DNA of 64,000 nucleotides from Macrostomum lignano (Eukaryota), in the NCBI GenBank assembly GCA_002269645.1, contig NIVC01000197.1, positions 558,001 through 622,000 of the forward strand. Direction: 5' to 3'. This document shows, in pieces, positions 1 to 12,279 of this stretch. Position 1 is the stretch's first letter, and every line of letters begins with the position of its first letter. A program made the translations under genes and the position numbers. The notes beneath the pieces were generated by a model. The model did no database searches and was not told the DNA's origin. It was given only the letters and a program-made list of their open reading frames with translations.

Positions 1-470
1 GTGCCTGTGGCAACAAATGAGTGCCTGTGGCATCAAATGAGTGCCTGTGGCATGAAATTAGTGCCTGTGGCATGAAATAAGTGCCTGTGGCCCAAAATAA
101 GTGCCTGTGGCATGAAATAAGTGCCTGTGGCCCAAAATAAGTGCCTGTGGCATGAAATAAGTGCCTGTGGCATCAAATGAGTGCCTGTGGCATCAAATGA
201 GTGCCTGTGGCATCAAATGAGTGCCTGTGCTACCAAAATGAGTGCCTGTGGCATCAAATGAGTGCCTGTGGCATGAAATTAGTGCCTGTGGCATGAAATA
301 AGTGCCTGTGGCCCAAAATAAGTGCCTGTGGCATGAAATAAGTGCCTGTGGCCCAAAATAAGTGCCTGTGGCATGAAATAAGTGCCTGTGGCATCAAATG
401 AGTGCCTGTGGCATCAAATGAGTGCCTGTGGCATCAAATGAGTGCCTGTGCTACCAAAATGAGTGCCTAT
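1..470. repeat. Minisatellite, 20-21 bp unit (GTGCCTGTGGCATCAAATGA and variants), truncated by the window start
   Basis: Tandem units read directly from the sequence. Confidence 0.95.
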
Positions 471-1950
471 AATGCCAAAATAAGTGTCTATAGAAAAATG
501 AGTGCTAATAGGCAACACTGACTTCCAAAAAAATGCAGGAATTTGGCCTTGCAGAATTCTTTTCTTTGTCCTTTCTACTGCAAAATTCATGGCAACACTA
601 CTAATTTAGAGTTATATTAAAGCTTTACTCTTATACAATACCTATATCTGCCAGCATATCTAGTATATCCAATATGAATGGATACCACTGGCAAATGGGT
701 ATTTTTACATTACAGCCATGGGAAATGATAATATATATTGGCTAAACATTAGTGCAATATAAAAGTACTCATTTTCTATAGCAACAATGCAATATCAATA
801 AATGCCAAAAATATTGGTCAATCTTGCAAATATTAAATTGCTATATAGAATTATATAAGAATAGACAAAAATTTTTATATCTAGCAATAATATTATAATA
901 TCTACTAAAATTACTAAAATTCATGGAACTAAAGCTAGGTTTAGAGTGCAATTTATAAATTTTAGTTAATTAGTCTAAATTTTAGACATTTGTTTATTTA
1001 TAATAATATTATTATTTATATTATGAAATAAAATTAGCTTTAATTGGGACAAGGAAAATGATGAGTTCAAATAACAAAGCTTTCTAATGATGTCTTTGAT
1101 TTTAAGCATATATATAGACAAAATCTATTACATTTATGTTATGTTATTAATATTAATATGATATCTTATTATATTCAAGCATATAAAGCTAAAACTGTTT
1201 TAGTTTATTCTCTGGGCAAAATAATGATAACAAAGCAAAAAATTATTGCACTGAATTGTCAATTGGTAAGAGTTTGAAGGGTAAGACTAGAAGCAAGGAG
1301 CATATAAGTTAGGATATTAATTCCTTAATATATTAATACATTACTTATCTATGTATAGACTTTTTCCATTGAATACCTAACCAGTTACACTGTTGAGTTT
1401 TTAAAGCTAAGGGGTCTATATTATATTAGTCATCCATATTTTAAATTGAGTTATACTTCTCAAAATCAAGAATATATCAATTTGTAATAATAGATGTTTA
1501 ATAAACTGACTATTTAGATATTACAATTAGATAGATAATAACGTATAGCAGAATCTATATAGCGTACGACTAAATGAATCACTCATCTGTTCTTAATAAT
1601 TTAATTATCTATAATAAAAGTTGGGTGAGTCCATTGACCATGTCGACGACGTTTCATTAGCGAGCTGTCATCTGAACATTTAGATTTACAAACTTTCTTG
1701 GAAAATTTCTAGTTCAAATATCGAATCGTTAGTAAACTTTAAAAACGCATGAAAAATAGTCTAATAGTTTTGAATCTACACCATTGATTTCCTATTACGA
1801 ATTTACAAGATTTTTTATTTGCGGGATTTCTGTGTCTAAAATTTCGTATAATTCGTATATATACTGTGCATGACAAACTGTCTCTAATTCCAGGCTATTT
1901 CGAAAATGTAAGCTAGCAAATCGGTGTTTTATCCAGACGTAACGCCGAGA

Positions 1951-1990
1951 CAAGGACTTCTAGACTAGCTAGCTAGTCTAGAAGTCCTTG
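1951..1990. mobile_element. 40-bp perfect palindrome flanked by an 8-bp direct repeat (minimal hAT-like insertion)
   Basis: CAAGGACTTCTAGACTAGCT (1951-1970) is followed by its exact reverse complement (1971-1990). CGCCGAGA occurs at both 1943-1950 and 1991-1998. CA...TG ends and an 8-bp TSD are typical of hAT elements. Confidence 0.65.
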
Positions 1991-3202
1991 CGCCGAGACC
2001 CGTGCGGCCTTGTCATTTTTGGGGGGCGTTCACTTAAGTTGAAGATAGTATAATACTAAAATAGAAATAATTTGACCACTACTGCAGAAAGACATGCAAC
2101 TCCCGCAATTGTGACACAGTTATATTGCTTCAAAAAAGTGACTCCCTCCACTCCGGGGAGATCCCTCCACTCCGGGGAGATCCCTCCACTCACCGCCCAC
2201 CGAGACTCTCTGTGTCACGGGTGGACCTCGTAAGTGTGAATCTCATGACAACATCTCGGCCAATTTTTCGTGCACAAGCGGCCTAAACTTATTACATGTA
2301 CATGTATATGTATGGCCGCGTATCGACCAGTGAGGGCCGCGGGGGTTTCGTGACGCGAGATCCAGACGCGCTTATCGCTGAGCTACATGTACCACCAGCT
2401 GGCCGTCCGTTCTAACCCTTGCATTTACGTCAAGACAGCTTAATTCGTCCTATCTTCTACTACCTTAAGGTCTAGATGCGACAGAAGGCCTGAACTAAAT
2501 TTTAATATGTAAGTCATCAATCAATTCCTCTACATTTTGTATACAGAACATATTTTGTCCCTATATCTGCAGGTTACATGTATACCACACGATTACACAC
2601 ACGATTGTCACTATAATATTACTTGTACAGTACTTGTACCTATATACATGTAACAACATATACAACAACATACAGACGAAGTCTGCTTGCACACATTATT
2701 TATGCATGCTTTGTATGCAATTTTATTCCTTCTTCCTTTGATTCTTCCCCAACGAGGTCGAGGATTGCTAGCTTATTACGCACCACTAACTTTCATCACT
2801 AAGACGAAATGAAACATTAAAAAACCGCAACTGGGACGCGAACATGTGTATGTCTATACTCTTAGATTAAATTGTAAAATATTGAGATAACAGTGTTAAA
2901 CTCGAATAGGAGACTAAAACTTTATTGAAAATTTCCTCGATTTTAAACTGTGCAATGACGTACGATTGGATATAAAATTGGTTGAATTTTTTTTGATAAA
3001 AGAAAGTCTTTCGTGCAGTAATAAAATATTTGTTTCATTCGGCATAGGCCAAGTAAGCTTTGAAAGGAAGCAAAATTAAGATCGAGTAAATCATTGAGTA
3101 CATATGTAAAACGGAGGCTTTAGCTGTGAGACGCTTTCTCTTAGTCAACAAGTAGTTAATTAGTCAATTTTGAGTTATATAGTTGAGTCATTGAGCTCGC
3201 AG

Positions 3203-3733
3203 CTACTTTTGCACATTCTGCACCTTGATCCTGCTACACACCAGGCCCAATGTCTCGCACAACGGACCGCAGCAGGTATCTAGAATGAGCAGGTTGAACC
3301 GTTTCACCAGGTTCAGGTCGATGGTCTGGAACTTCAGCATCGGGGTCATGCACCAGACGTGGCAGTAGGTCAGGAAGGCGAACTGGCAGCCCCAGTAGAG
3401 GCCCAGACAGAGGCCGGTGAGCACGGTCAGGGTCTTGTACAGGCAGGCAAAGCCGCAGTTGTAGCACTTATAGGAGTTGCTCCACAGACAGTCGATGCTG
3501 TGAGCGTGCGGCTGCTCGCCCAGAACTTCGTCAAAGTTGCTCTGTGATGAAGAAAATCAGTAGGTAGTGTCGTGAGAATATTCCGGTTCTCTTTTTGGAG
3601 CTTTGCAGCGCTACATGCACGTCGTAGTTATACTCACCCTGATGTGACTGTTGATGCTGTTTGGATCCCGGTTAACAAGGTCCACCGACGTCTCAGCCTC
3701 AGCTGCACCTCCGGACTTCTTTGGCGCGGCCAT
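3203..3733 (-). CDS. CAV: Caveolin, 144 aa, 2 exons: complement(join(3203..3541,3638..3733))
   Basis: Spliced translation MAAPKKSGGAAEAETSVDLVNRDPNSINSHIR|SNFDEVLGEQPHAHSIDCLWSNSYKCYNCGFACLYKTLTVLTGLCLGLYWGCQFAFLTYCHVWCMTPMLKF... matches caveolin motifs (DLVNRDP; FEDVIAEP-like FDEVLGEQ; HSxDxxW; WG..FA..F.H.W...P). The 96-bp GTGAGT..CAG intron is phase 0, at the position equivalent to vertebrate VK|IDF. Confidence 0.93.
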
Positions 3734-5266
3734 GCTTGCAGATGTAAATTCCAGGCGACTACCTTTGGATGCTAACTAGCTCAGCTTTAAGGGCGAGTAG
3801 GGCGCACAATGCCGCAGGAGAACGCATTATATAAAGCCTTCCCATGCGCTGCGCCTGTTGCCATGGTGTTGCTATGTGCACATGCTGCTCCATGTTTTCG
3901 ATCTCTACTTAATACGCGCTTGCCCTCCCCTCTATGCTAACAAAAGCCAAGGGCAGAGGCTCGACTTTAGCAAGCAGTTTAGGAAAAGAAAGTAAAATAA
4001 GGCAATGGCTTATGCTGAAGCACAGAAGAAATAGCGGTCCACTTTGCTTTTGTTTGTCAGTGAATGCAAAGGAGGCTGCTTCAAGCAAAAAAGACGAAGG
4101 CAGCCCGCGGTCCAGTATTTTGCCCCGTCGATCTGAGAACAGCTTTTCTTTACTAAGTTTACTTAAAAGGGACTTACATGTGAATGCAGCTAAAAAGGGC
4201 TATGTAGAATTTAACCCCCCTCCCGCTCGATGTTGACCAAGCTTACGGCCCTAACAACCGCTGCTGCATTATTCGAATCTTAAAAACATTGGATGCGCGT
4301 GCCAAGAAGTGAAAAAGTGAAAAGAGAATATACAGTGTGAGGCTCTTAATTCTCGATTCTAAATACAACTTGAAAGATAAAAACATTTGTGCGTTTTTCG
4401 TTTTCTTAGAGATTCAAGTTATTAAATCCATTTTAAGATTTCTTTAAAGTCTTTCTCGGGACAGCATAAGCAAGAGTTCTAAATGACTTCGAAACAAAAC
4501 GAGAATTGCCATATCGGTTGCTGAACCCGGAAGAATTCAAGACTCAGCATATTAATCACTGCATTGCATGGCAACTTAACCAAAAGACAGACCAAATAAA
4601 AAAATTTTATTTACTTAAATCTTCTTGAAAATGGACAAACTGCATAACCTACTCGTAACCAACAGTAAAACATGTTCCGTTATACATCTAGGTGCTATAG
4701 AATCATAAATTTAAACAAGACTTAAAGCAAAATCGAGAGGAGCTATCTCGTGAGAATTTGTAGCTGTGACACCACAAAATGTGCCGCCGATCTGGGACGC
4801 CGGCGTCAGCCAGCAGGCAGTGAGTGAGCGCCTATACTGTCTCTGCCAGTAGGGTGGCCCGCAGGGTCCTGCAGCGCGCGGCTGTACATTGAGAGGTATA
4901 AGTCAGTACTAAGTTTTAGCAGGCGTGGCACACATAATCATCCCGGAAATCTCCTCTCCTGATACCTGTAGTTTGGCTCGCACTACAAGTTTACAAGCAT
5001 AATTTGATTAAATTTGTATGGTGCGTCAATCATACAACTGTTTGTAGCAAAAATATTGATTTATTATGTCGTATAGACGCATAAAACAATTAACACCCTT
5101 TAACACATGAAAAAATCCAAGAGCGGATGAAGTATTTGGTACATAAAATTAATCGCTTTTGCGGACATGTGCGCGTGTATACGATGTATTTCAGCTGAGA
5201 CAGCAGTAAACAGTATAGAAACCCGTCCCAGTGTCATCCGGCACAAAAAGTCTGTAATGCTCAATC

Positions 5267-7894
5267 TCAGTTAGCGCTCAATTCCGACGGCTTAAATACA
5301 ACGCTACCGCTGTTGAAGTACTCGTCGATAGTCTCGTCCAAGTCCAGCATCATGCGGATGACGCTGGGCAGTAGGCAGATGAAGCCAGACAGAACCAAAC
5401 GCTCCGACCCAGACACCTTGGCTACGTAGGTCTCGTGCTTCAAATGAAACGGCTGGTCCTCGCGCAGGGCCTCCTTGATGTTTTGAATGATCTGAAACAT
5501 CTCCTTCTTACGCTTCAGCTGCTCCTCATTCTCACCGCCAACCCGGATCTGGGCCAGCGGGAAGGAGATGCTGGTCTCGATGACGCGCACAGACTTGCCG
5601 ATTCCGCGAAGCGTATCGAAGTACTGCTCAACCAGCTTGCCATCCGGCGAGTTTGTCTTCTCCTTCTCGTAGAGGTCGATGACCTCCTTCGCGCATTTGA
5701 TCGGCACCATGCTGTTGCTGCGAAGCATCTTGAGAAAGTTGATGAGGCTGGTTAAGCTGGCCTCGTACTTTGCTTCGGCCTCGCGCAGTTTTGTACAGCA
5801 GCCGGTCTCGGAATTCTGCATGTAGTTGAGCTGGAACTGCTTCACCAGGCGGAGCATGCGGTAGCTCTTCTCTGGAATGTAAGAGGGTGCGATTGAATGG
5901 CGAAAGCTTGATTTAGAGAATAATAACGCTGTACTCATAGCTCTACTGGGAGTAGAAAAGCATGAAAATGGTTTGCTTACCGTTCTTATCCATATCGTAA
6001 GTCTGAGGCATGGCACCCTCCAGCCATTCGGCCTCAACTTTTTTCAGTTCCGGCGGTGACAAATGAATTTTTAGCTTCATCGAGGTCACCTCCAGCTTCT
6101 TCATGGCCACCGGGGTGACGAAGCATTCCACAAAGAAGCGCTCCAGCCGACCAGATTCGTAGTCCTTTTGAAGGCGTTGCAGTGCGCTCAGACTCGAGGG
6201 GCAAACGATGCACAGGCACTCTGTGGATTACAAATAGATGGAGGTTGAAAACCTCTTGAGAGCGTCATGGGTCGCTAAAGAGTTGCATATTTGTAAGTAC
6301 ATAATAAATACGGCGTAAGCCAGGATTTTGCATTGCATGGAGGCGCGTCTTTGGGGCTGCGACATTTTCTTTTGAACGGATGCCACTTCATTTGACTGGG
6401 CTTTAGCACTAGGGGCACCAGGTCATTACAGGCGATTGTAGATGACTTTATACTAGAATTCCATGATGGGACTTCAAGGGGATCACAAAACGCAAACGTC
6501 TTGCAATTATTATAAAATGACTGTCATTCACAGGGACCGCTGATTGATCAAATCTAACTACAAAATTGCTATAAAAGTCTCTCTTGGTTCATGAGAAGAA
6601 ACTCAGACACATTAATGGAGCTACCTGCACGATCGCTCTTTATCCACTCTCCTCGCCAGCAATGAGGAACATTTAACTAATCCTACGATCGAGCCAGTCC
6701 AACTCCCCCTCATGAGGGCAGCTGAGACGGAGTAGTCGGTCGATATTGATTTTACTTTTTTAAAACTGTCGCTCACATCTCTATTTTTAACTTTAGTGGC
6801 CGTGGTCCAATCTTGCCTCGCATGCATATGGAGAGGCCTGGAGGCCTAAGCACCCTGCCGCTTCAACAGGGGCTGATATACTGGTCTCATTTTAGTTTGC
6901 ATAGGAGTAAGACTTTACCTGTAGCTGGGGGAGGGGCAGAGCAACTCAGTGGTAAATGCGTCTGACTCTCGATCGCTCCACGCCTCTCCTCACTGGTTTA
7001 ATTCCATTCATTTGGGTCTTGTGTGCACGAAAGTGTCGCACGATTCCCCACCCATGAGGGCCAGCTCCCAAGGCACAGGGAGTGTTCATGCCTGGCGATT
7101 AGAAATTCAGGGCCGCTGTACACCCTCTGTGAGCGTGTGCATGAGTGCGTGCTTGAGTACAGTATTGGCGCGCTTTTCTGTGCTCCGGATCGAGTCAGCG
7201 GGATGGGGCAGAATTGCCTCAGCGCTGATTGCGGGACAATTTCGCTGAAGGCATTGCACCAAGGGTAACCACAGCGCTCCTGCAATTATATCATTACATA
7301 CCTTTAGCTGCAGCTTGCAGTCCTTCTGTACTGTACGCCGCAATATTTTTACAGAGCCGTAATAGAGCCAGAGTGGGAAAAGCTAAATTCAGCATTTGTA
7401 TCGGTGCAGAAGTCCTTTAAATATGACTATTAGTATAAATGAATACATTATTTTGCCGACTCTTTTAACTAGATAATGTTTAATTCAGAGAATTGAGTTG
7501 CTTGCTGGGCAAAAGTCTGGTGACTTTTCAAGGTTTCTGAATATGCTTGCAAACACGAGCTGGCACCAACTACTGCCATCACTCACTGTCCGTGAAGTAT
7601 TCTATTGTGGTATCTTTCAGCGTATTCCTCTTGTCAAAGAATCCCTTCAGCTTGTGCAGCTCAGTCTTCTCAAGCATGGCAGCGAACCGATCAGACAGGT
7701 TCACCAAGAAGTACTGCCGGGAGCCGAACTGTTCTGGGTTCACCGCCTTGGCGTCGAAAATGTCCAAGTGAATAGACAGCTCGCCTACAATGAACAGGGG
7801 AAACGTGTTTGCATTACGCGACAGGCTATTTCGGGGTCGGTTGGGCATCCATCGCATGGTGGTAGATGGAAGAAGCCTGATGGCGCGATTATGG
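5267..7894 (-). CDS. Partial multi-exon gene with a TRADD-N-like/DEDD-C-terminal-like domain and a possible DED-like N-terminal region; exons 7587..7894, 7124..7279, 5981..6220, 5267..5871; 5' end not found
   Basis: Four exons join in frame through GT-AG introns (all phase 1; the 7123 donor GTGTAC is weak). Exon 5981-6220 reads CLCIVCPSSLSALQRLQKDYESGRLERFFVECFVTPVAMKKLEVTSMKLKIHLSPPELKK, resembling the L..LW.DY.SG.L...F.T......KL motif of the DEDD C-terminus and TRADD-N-like domains (recalled pattern, not searched). The last exon is the C-terminal 200 aa of ORF 5267..6037. Confidence 0.55.
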
Positions 7895-7958
7895 CTGGAA
7901 ATTAAGAAGCAGGAAGGCTCATTCTACAGCTCTCAGGTAAAATTTTCTTAGAGAGCTT

Positions 7959-8561
7959 CAAGGACTACTTAAAAACACAGGACCTTACACTTGCAAATAT
8001 TGGAAGAATTCTAAAAGGCCGCTTTGAATGTGTGTCTATGGTTTTAGGGGCCTTTTTGCTTAGTAATTCGCATAGCAGTGCAGCATGATAGCCTGTATAA
8101 AGTCTAGCTTAGAGCACCAAGTAGACAAGAGCAAACAGCTAACTGTGCGTTCTCGGAATCTTTTTTATTTCTTGCTTCAAATTCAATTGAGTTATACAAG
8201 ATGCCGACGAAATGTTGCAGACTCCAGACTGCATGCATCAGCACTACAAAAGCGGTGAAAGGTGCACCGTGTATTACTTTTGTGAAAGAAGAGGATAAGG
8301 TTGACTCCTGAATGAAGGCTTTGCCCATCGCAGCAAAGGTAAGGTAGCATTTCACTGCGCACATGGGCGTATGCCGCAAGCATTGGCCGGAGGATGCTAG
8401 AATGAAGCAAGCGGAGCCTCGACTCTCAAACGGCACATGAGTGGTCTCGGCACAGTTGGGACATTCCGACTCGATCAAAATATTGTCAAGACACAAAGCG
8501 GCCTTTTAGAATTCTGCCAATATTCGCAAGTGTAACGTCCAGTGTTGTTAAGTAGTCCTTG
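7959..8561. repeat. 68-bp inverted repeat pair (7959-8026 and 8494-8561, 5 mismatches) around a ~470-bp spacer
   Basis: Aligned by eye: CAAGGACTACTTAAAAACACAGGACCTTACACTTGCAAATATTGGAAGAATTCTAAAAGGCCGCTTTG against the reverse complement of 8494-8561. Confidence 0.85.
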
Positions 8562-11500
8562 GAAAGCTTTTCGGATGAATTGTGAGAATTAACTTAAGAC
8601 TTAGTTTCAATACAATTATTTTTTGCTCGGAGACTTGGCTACAACCCACTTATTTTCATACTTGCTTCCATCTAATCAGACGAATCGCAGAAGTTAGCTA
8701 AGTCCCTCTCACCTGTCTTTCGTTCATAGAACGGTCTTCTACCGTCATTGCCTGCCATTCCTATTGAAGAATGATATGGTCGGCGGCGGCGTCGATGGTC
8801 CTGGTTGCACTCGTGTTGTCCGCAGCGTTGTAAACAAACGAATTCTGACCGAGTGTGACAGCTACAGAAATAGGCGTCTCGCAGAGAAGAGAATTCTGAA
8901 AAATAATATTGAGAAAACAGAGTAGCTATGCTGCATTGAGATTGCTGGAACGCTATACTTTTTTTAAATACTTACCATGCGTTAGGCAGTCGTGGCTTCC
9001 AATCCAGAGCAGAGGAAGCCCTAGAGAGAAAGAAAGCCGTTGCCCAACCCCACCGCACAGCCTCCAGTCCGTGCGACCACTACAAGTCTCGCAGGGACCA
9101 CCAGTATTAAACTCAAATCAACTCCGGGCTCAGCATTAGATGCCGCTGCAGATACATACTTTTCAGCGCTCTCACTTCTCTCCCCTTCTGATCTCAGTAA
9201 GCAGTTTGCAGTTTGCATGGGTGGGTGAGAGCAGACAAATGGCACAGCGCGGTATGAGGCCCCTTGTCAGCCCAGGTGGAGACCTTCTATACCTTGGATA
9301 CCAGCTACTGCTTTTGTCCGTCAGGGTCTGTGTTTTATTTTCGTTTTCATCATTTCCACTTAATAGCACTAGGCCAGTCGGGGGGTGGGGAGGGGTAAAT
9401 TAAAGGCCATCATCAACTCGGCTAACCAGAAGAGCTTACACGAGGGTGGAGCCTGTGGTCACAGACCCAGAGTCAACGGGCCAATTCATGAGCGTGTAGC
9501 GCACAATGGAACAATTGGAAAGCATTTTCGAGACTAGTCTACATTAGCAATGTCGCCTGTTCAATTTGTCTACTTGCCCCAATACCGATTGTTTGAGGCT
9601 GAGGACTTGCTGATGTGGGTGCGACCTACCCTCGTGCGGGTCGGTATAGCGAGATTAGGGTGTCCTATCCTTGCTCAACTATACGCTCTCTCCCACGGCC
9701 TCCGTAGTGTTTGAAACGCTCTCAACCCAGATCACTTGGCCTGCCAATTGAAGCCGCTGACATAACGCAGGATGGCAGAATTTCGGACCATTTCATGAAG
9801 GGCCTGACGGTTTGACCAATGCCTGCCACAGCCGAGCCTTCTGATGGCGGTCAAGCAGCGCCTTGGACTGTGAGACGGCACCAAACAGGTGTACTTCATT
9901 CAGGTTGCGCCGCTGGATGCTAGAGCACAAGACTGATGCTAGAAAAATAACGCACAGAGCTTAACAATTCTTGTTGCTTTGAAACGCCAATCGGCTCAAA
10001 ATTTTTAAATTTATTCGAATGAGAAACAAAAACAAGAGAACTGCTGTGTTCAGTAAGCATGTTCGTATATCCGCTACAAAATTTAGGGAAAAACTGATAG
10101 AATTATGAACTTAGATTTGAGTAGATTTGAACAATCATGTATCATTCTTTATTCGAGCGCATGGGTTCATTACCAACTGTTGTATAGGTGTGGCATTTTT
10201 TGCTTTTCGACAAAAAGTAGCATAGATAGAACTACACTAAGATTAAATTTATAGAGGCAAGTCTGAGGAAAAAAAATTAATGGGGAAATATAAATATTGA
10301 TAATTGCAGTTAGAACGAAGAATAATCACGGGAAACAGCTGAGGTATGTTCGAGAAGACGTTTTTTTTAAATAAAAGCTTCTCAAAATGTGTTGCAGGGA
10401 TCAGCTACAGCCCTCCACGCAGGGCGAACTTCGTGCTATTCTCCACGGACAGCTCCACCTGAGCATCGATGTACTTTAGCAGCACGCACCGTCTCAACCG
10501 GCTGTTGTACAAATTAAGCGACTTCACGCTGGTAGCCAGCCGAGTGGCCTCCCTCATGCAGTGGAGAACCGGTGCCGCGGTCACTTCAGTCTGGCAGTAG
10601 ACGCAGTTTTAGGTCTGCCAGGTCTGCCAGTCGAAGTCCACTTGCTGCCACCAGGTGTTTGAAGCGGGCTGAACAGTTAATTCCCACGTATTCGAACACA
10701 GCCGTAGTTCATTTGCAGGTCATGTCCGCAAGCGGTGCTGTGGGCTTATTTGCAACACAAATGCAGTTCTCCCCTTTAGCGCCGCTGGGCTCGTTGCCTC
10801 ACCAACGCGCAGAGTTGTTAGGAAAAAATGGATTTCCAGGAGCGACGGTGCGCCAGCCAGTAGCTGCACTATATACTTGATCGATCTTTTCGTACGCAAC
10901 TATCTCGTTTTCCAGTAGCAAAAGCATGCAGTGCCACATGAGAAGACGGCAGAGTATTTGTTAGGCCGAAGCTGGGATGCATAAGGCCAGTTTTTCTGTC
11001 GAACCTAACAGGCCGTTGGCCTCAGTCGAAAACAAAAGCCACCAAGATTGTGCATATATGGGGCCGGATAATATGATACAGAAATGACCTGTGCAGAAGG
11101 GAATCAAACAAACAAGCGAAATTTGTAACAATTTACAATAATTTTATTTCAAAAAGTTGTTTGTAAAGTTTCGAGCAGCTGAACGTTTCAAGCTTTCAAA
11201 GGGTTTCGAGGTTGAGTTTGAGGTTTCAGAAGTTGTGAAATTAATCATCAACTCTACAACCAACTTAGGCAAGCTTACTAGGCCTAACGCTTTCTTTTTC
11301 GAATATTTTTATATTGTATATTATATATTATGCATTAGATTGTTTATATTGTATCACTGAATATTTGTTATAGTAAGACTTTCACCGAAATGAAACGAAC
11401 GTGCTTTGGCAGTTCTTTAAAGTTGTCGCGTCGGTCAGAATATACATGTATAATTCATAATTGTTGGCATGATCAGTCAAAATCATCATGCTCATTTGCT

Positions 11501-12163
11501 TCGCTGTTATTACCTGAATGCAAGCCATACATCCGCCTAAACTAACGAAACTCATACATGATATCTACAGCATCATTTGCTGTATGATGACTGAGCTTCA
11601 GAAGTTCAAACATCAGATTATGATTAGGGCCTAGATAAAGATTAAACTTTATGGTTTTAAGTTGACATTGACACTTGACATGCCCTTTGAATAAAAAGTA
11701 GGTTATTTTAAAATGAATAGCTGCAATGCATTTACATAAAATTAAAAGCAAATATAAATCAGAAAGAAGAGAAAAAACTTTTTGATAAAGAAAAAAAATT
11801 ATATAGGCCTAGCTATAGTATAGGCATAGCCATAGCCCATGGCCATAGTCCATCGGCCAACCTAGCCATCAAATATAGCCTATAATCTATCTCGCAGTTC
11901 TAGCTTCATTAGGATATAATAAACTATTATCTTTTTCATTGAAAAGATCAGCTTAGCCTAACTAAAAAACCTGTGACACTTACAAAAATACTAAAAATAA
12001 AATAAGACCTGAAAATAAGTCCAGGGGCATAGCCTAGATTTTTGGGGATATCAGTTTGCTATTATTAGGCGTAGACAATTACTGTACACTAGTCACAAAG
12101 AGTGTTCAGGCAGGGTAGTAGTGGCTCACTGAGCATGCTTGGGCGCAACCTTGGGATTCCCTT

Positions 12164-12279
12164 GGCCGTTTCTATTGGCAACACACACACATGTAAGTCG
12201 CTATTGGACGGAATAGTAGTCACGTGACTGCTCTCAGCCAATAGCGACTTACATGTGTGTGTTGCCAATAGAAACGGCC
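12164..12279. repeat. Long hairpin: 44/42-bp inverted arms around a 30-bp loop centred on GTCACGTGAC
   Basis: Arms 12164-12207 and 12238-12279 differ only by one CA unit. Weaker pairing extends to about 12125 and 12320. CACGTG lies at 12221-12226, on the symmetry axis. Confidence 0.9.

Noticed and set aside
8712-8900. Possible first exon (MAGNDGRRPFYERKT, GTGAG donor) of the minus-strand TRADD-N-like gene
   Set aside because: Its phase (1) does not match the phase-2 acceptor at 7894, and no bridging exon could be identified.
9420-10880. Coding-like GC-rich fragments, mostly on the minus strand (e.g. QRRNLNEVHLFGAVSQSKALL, NCVYCQTEVTAAPVLHC)
   Set aside because: Interrupted by stops and frameshifts, with no recognisable family or consistent splice model; possibly a pseudogene or TE relic.
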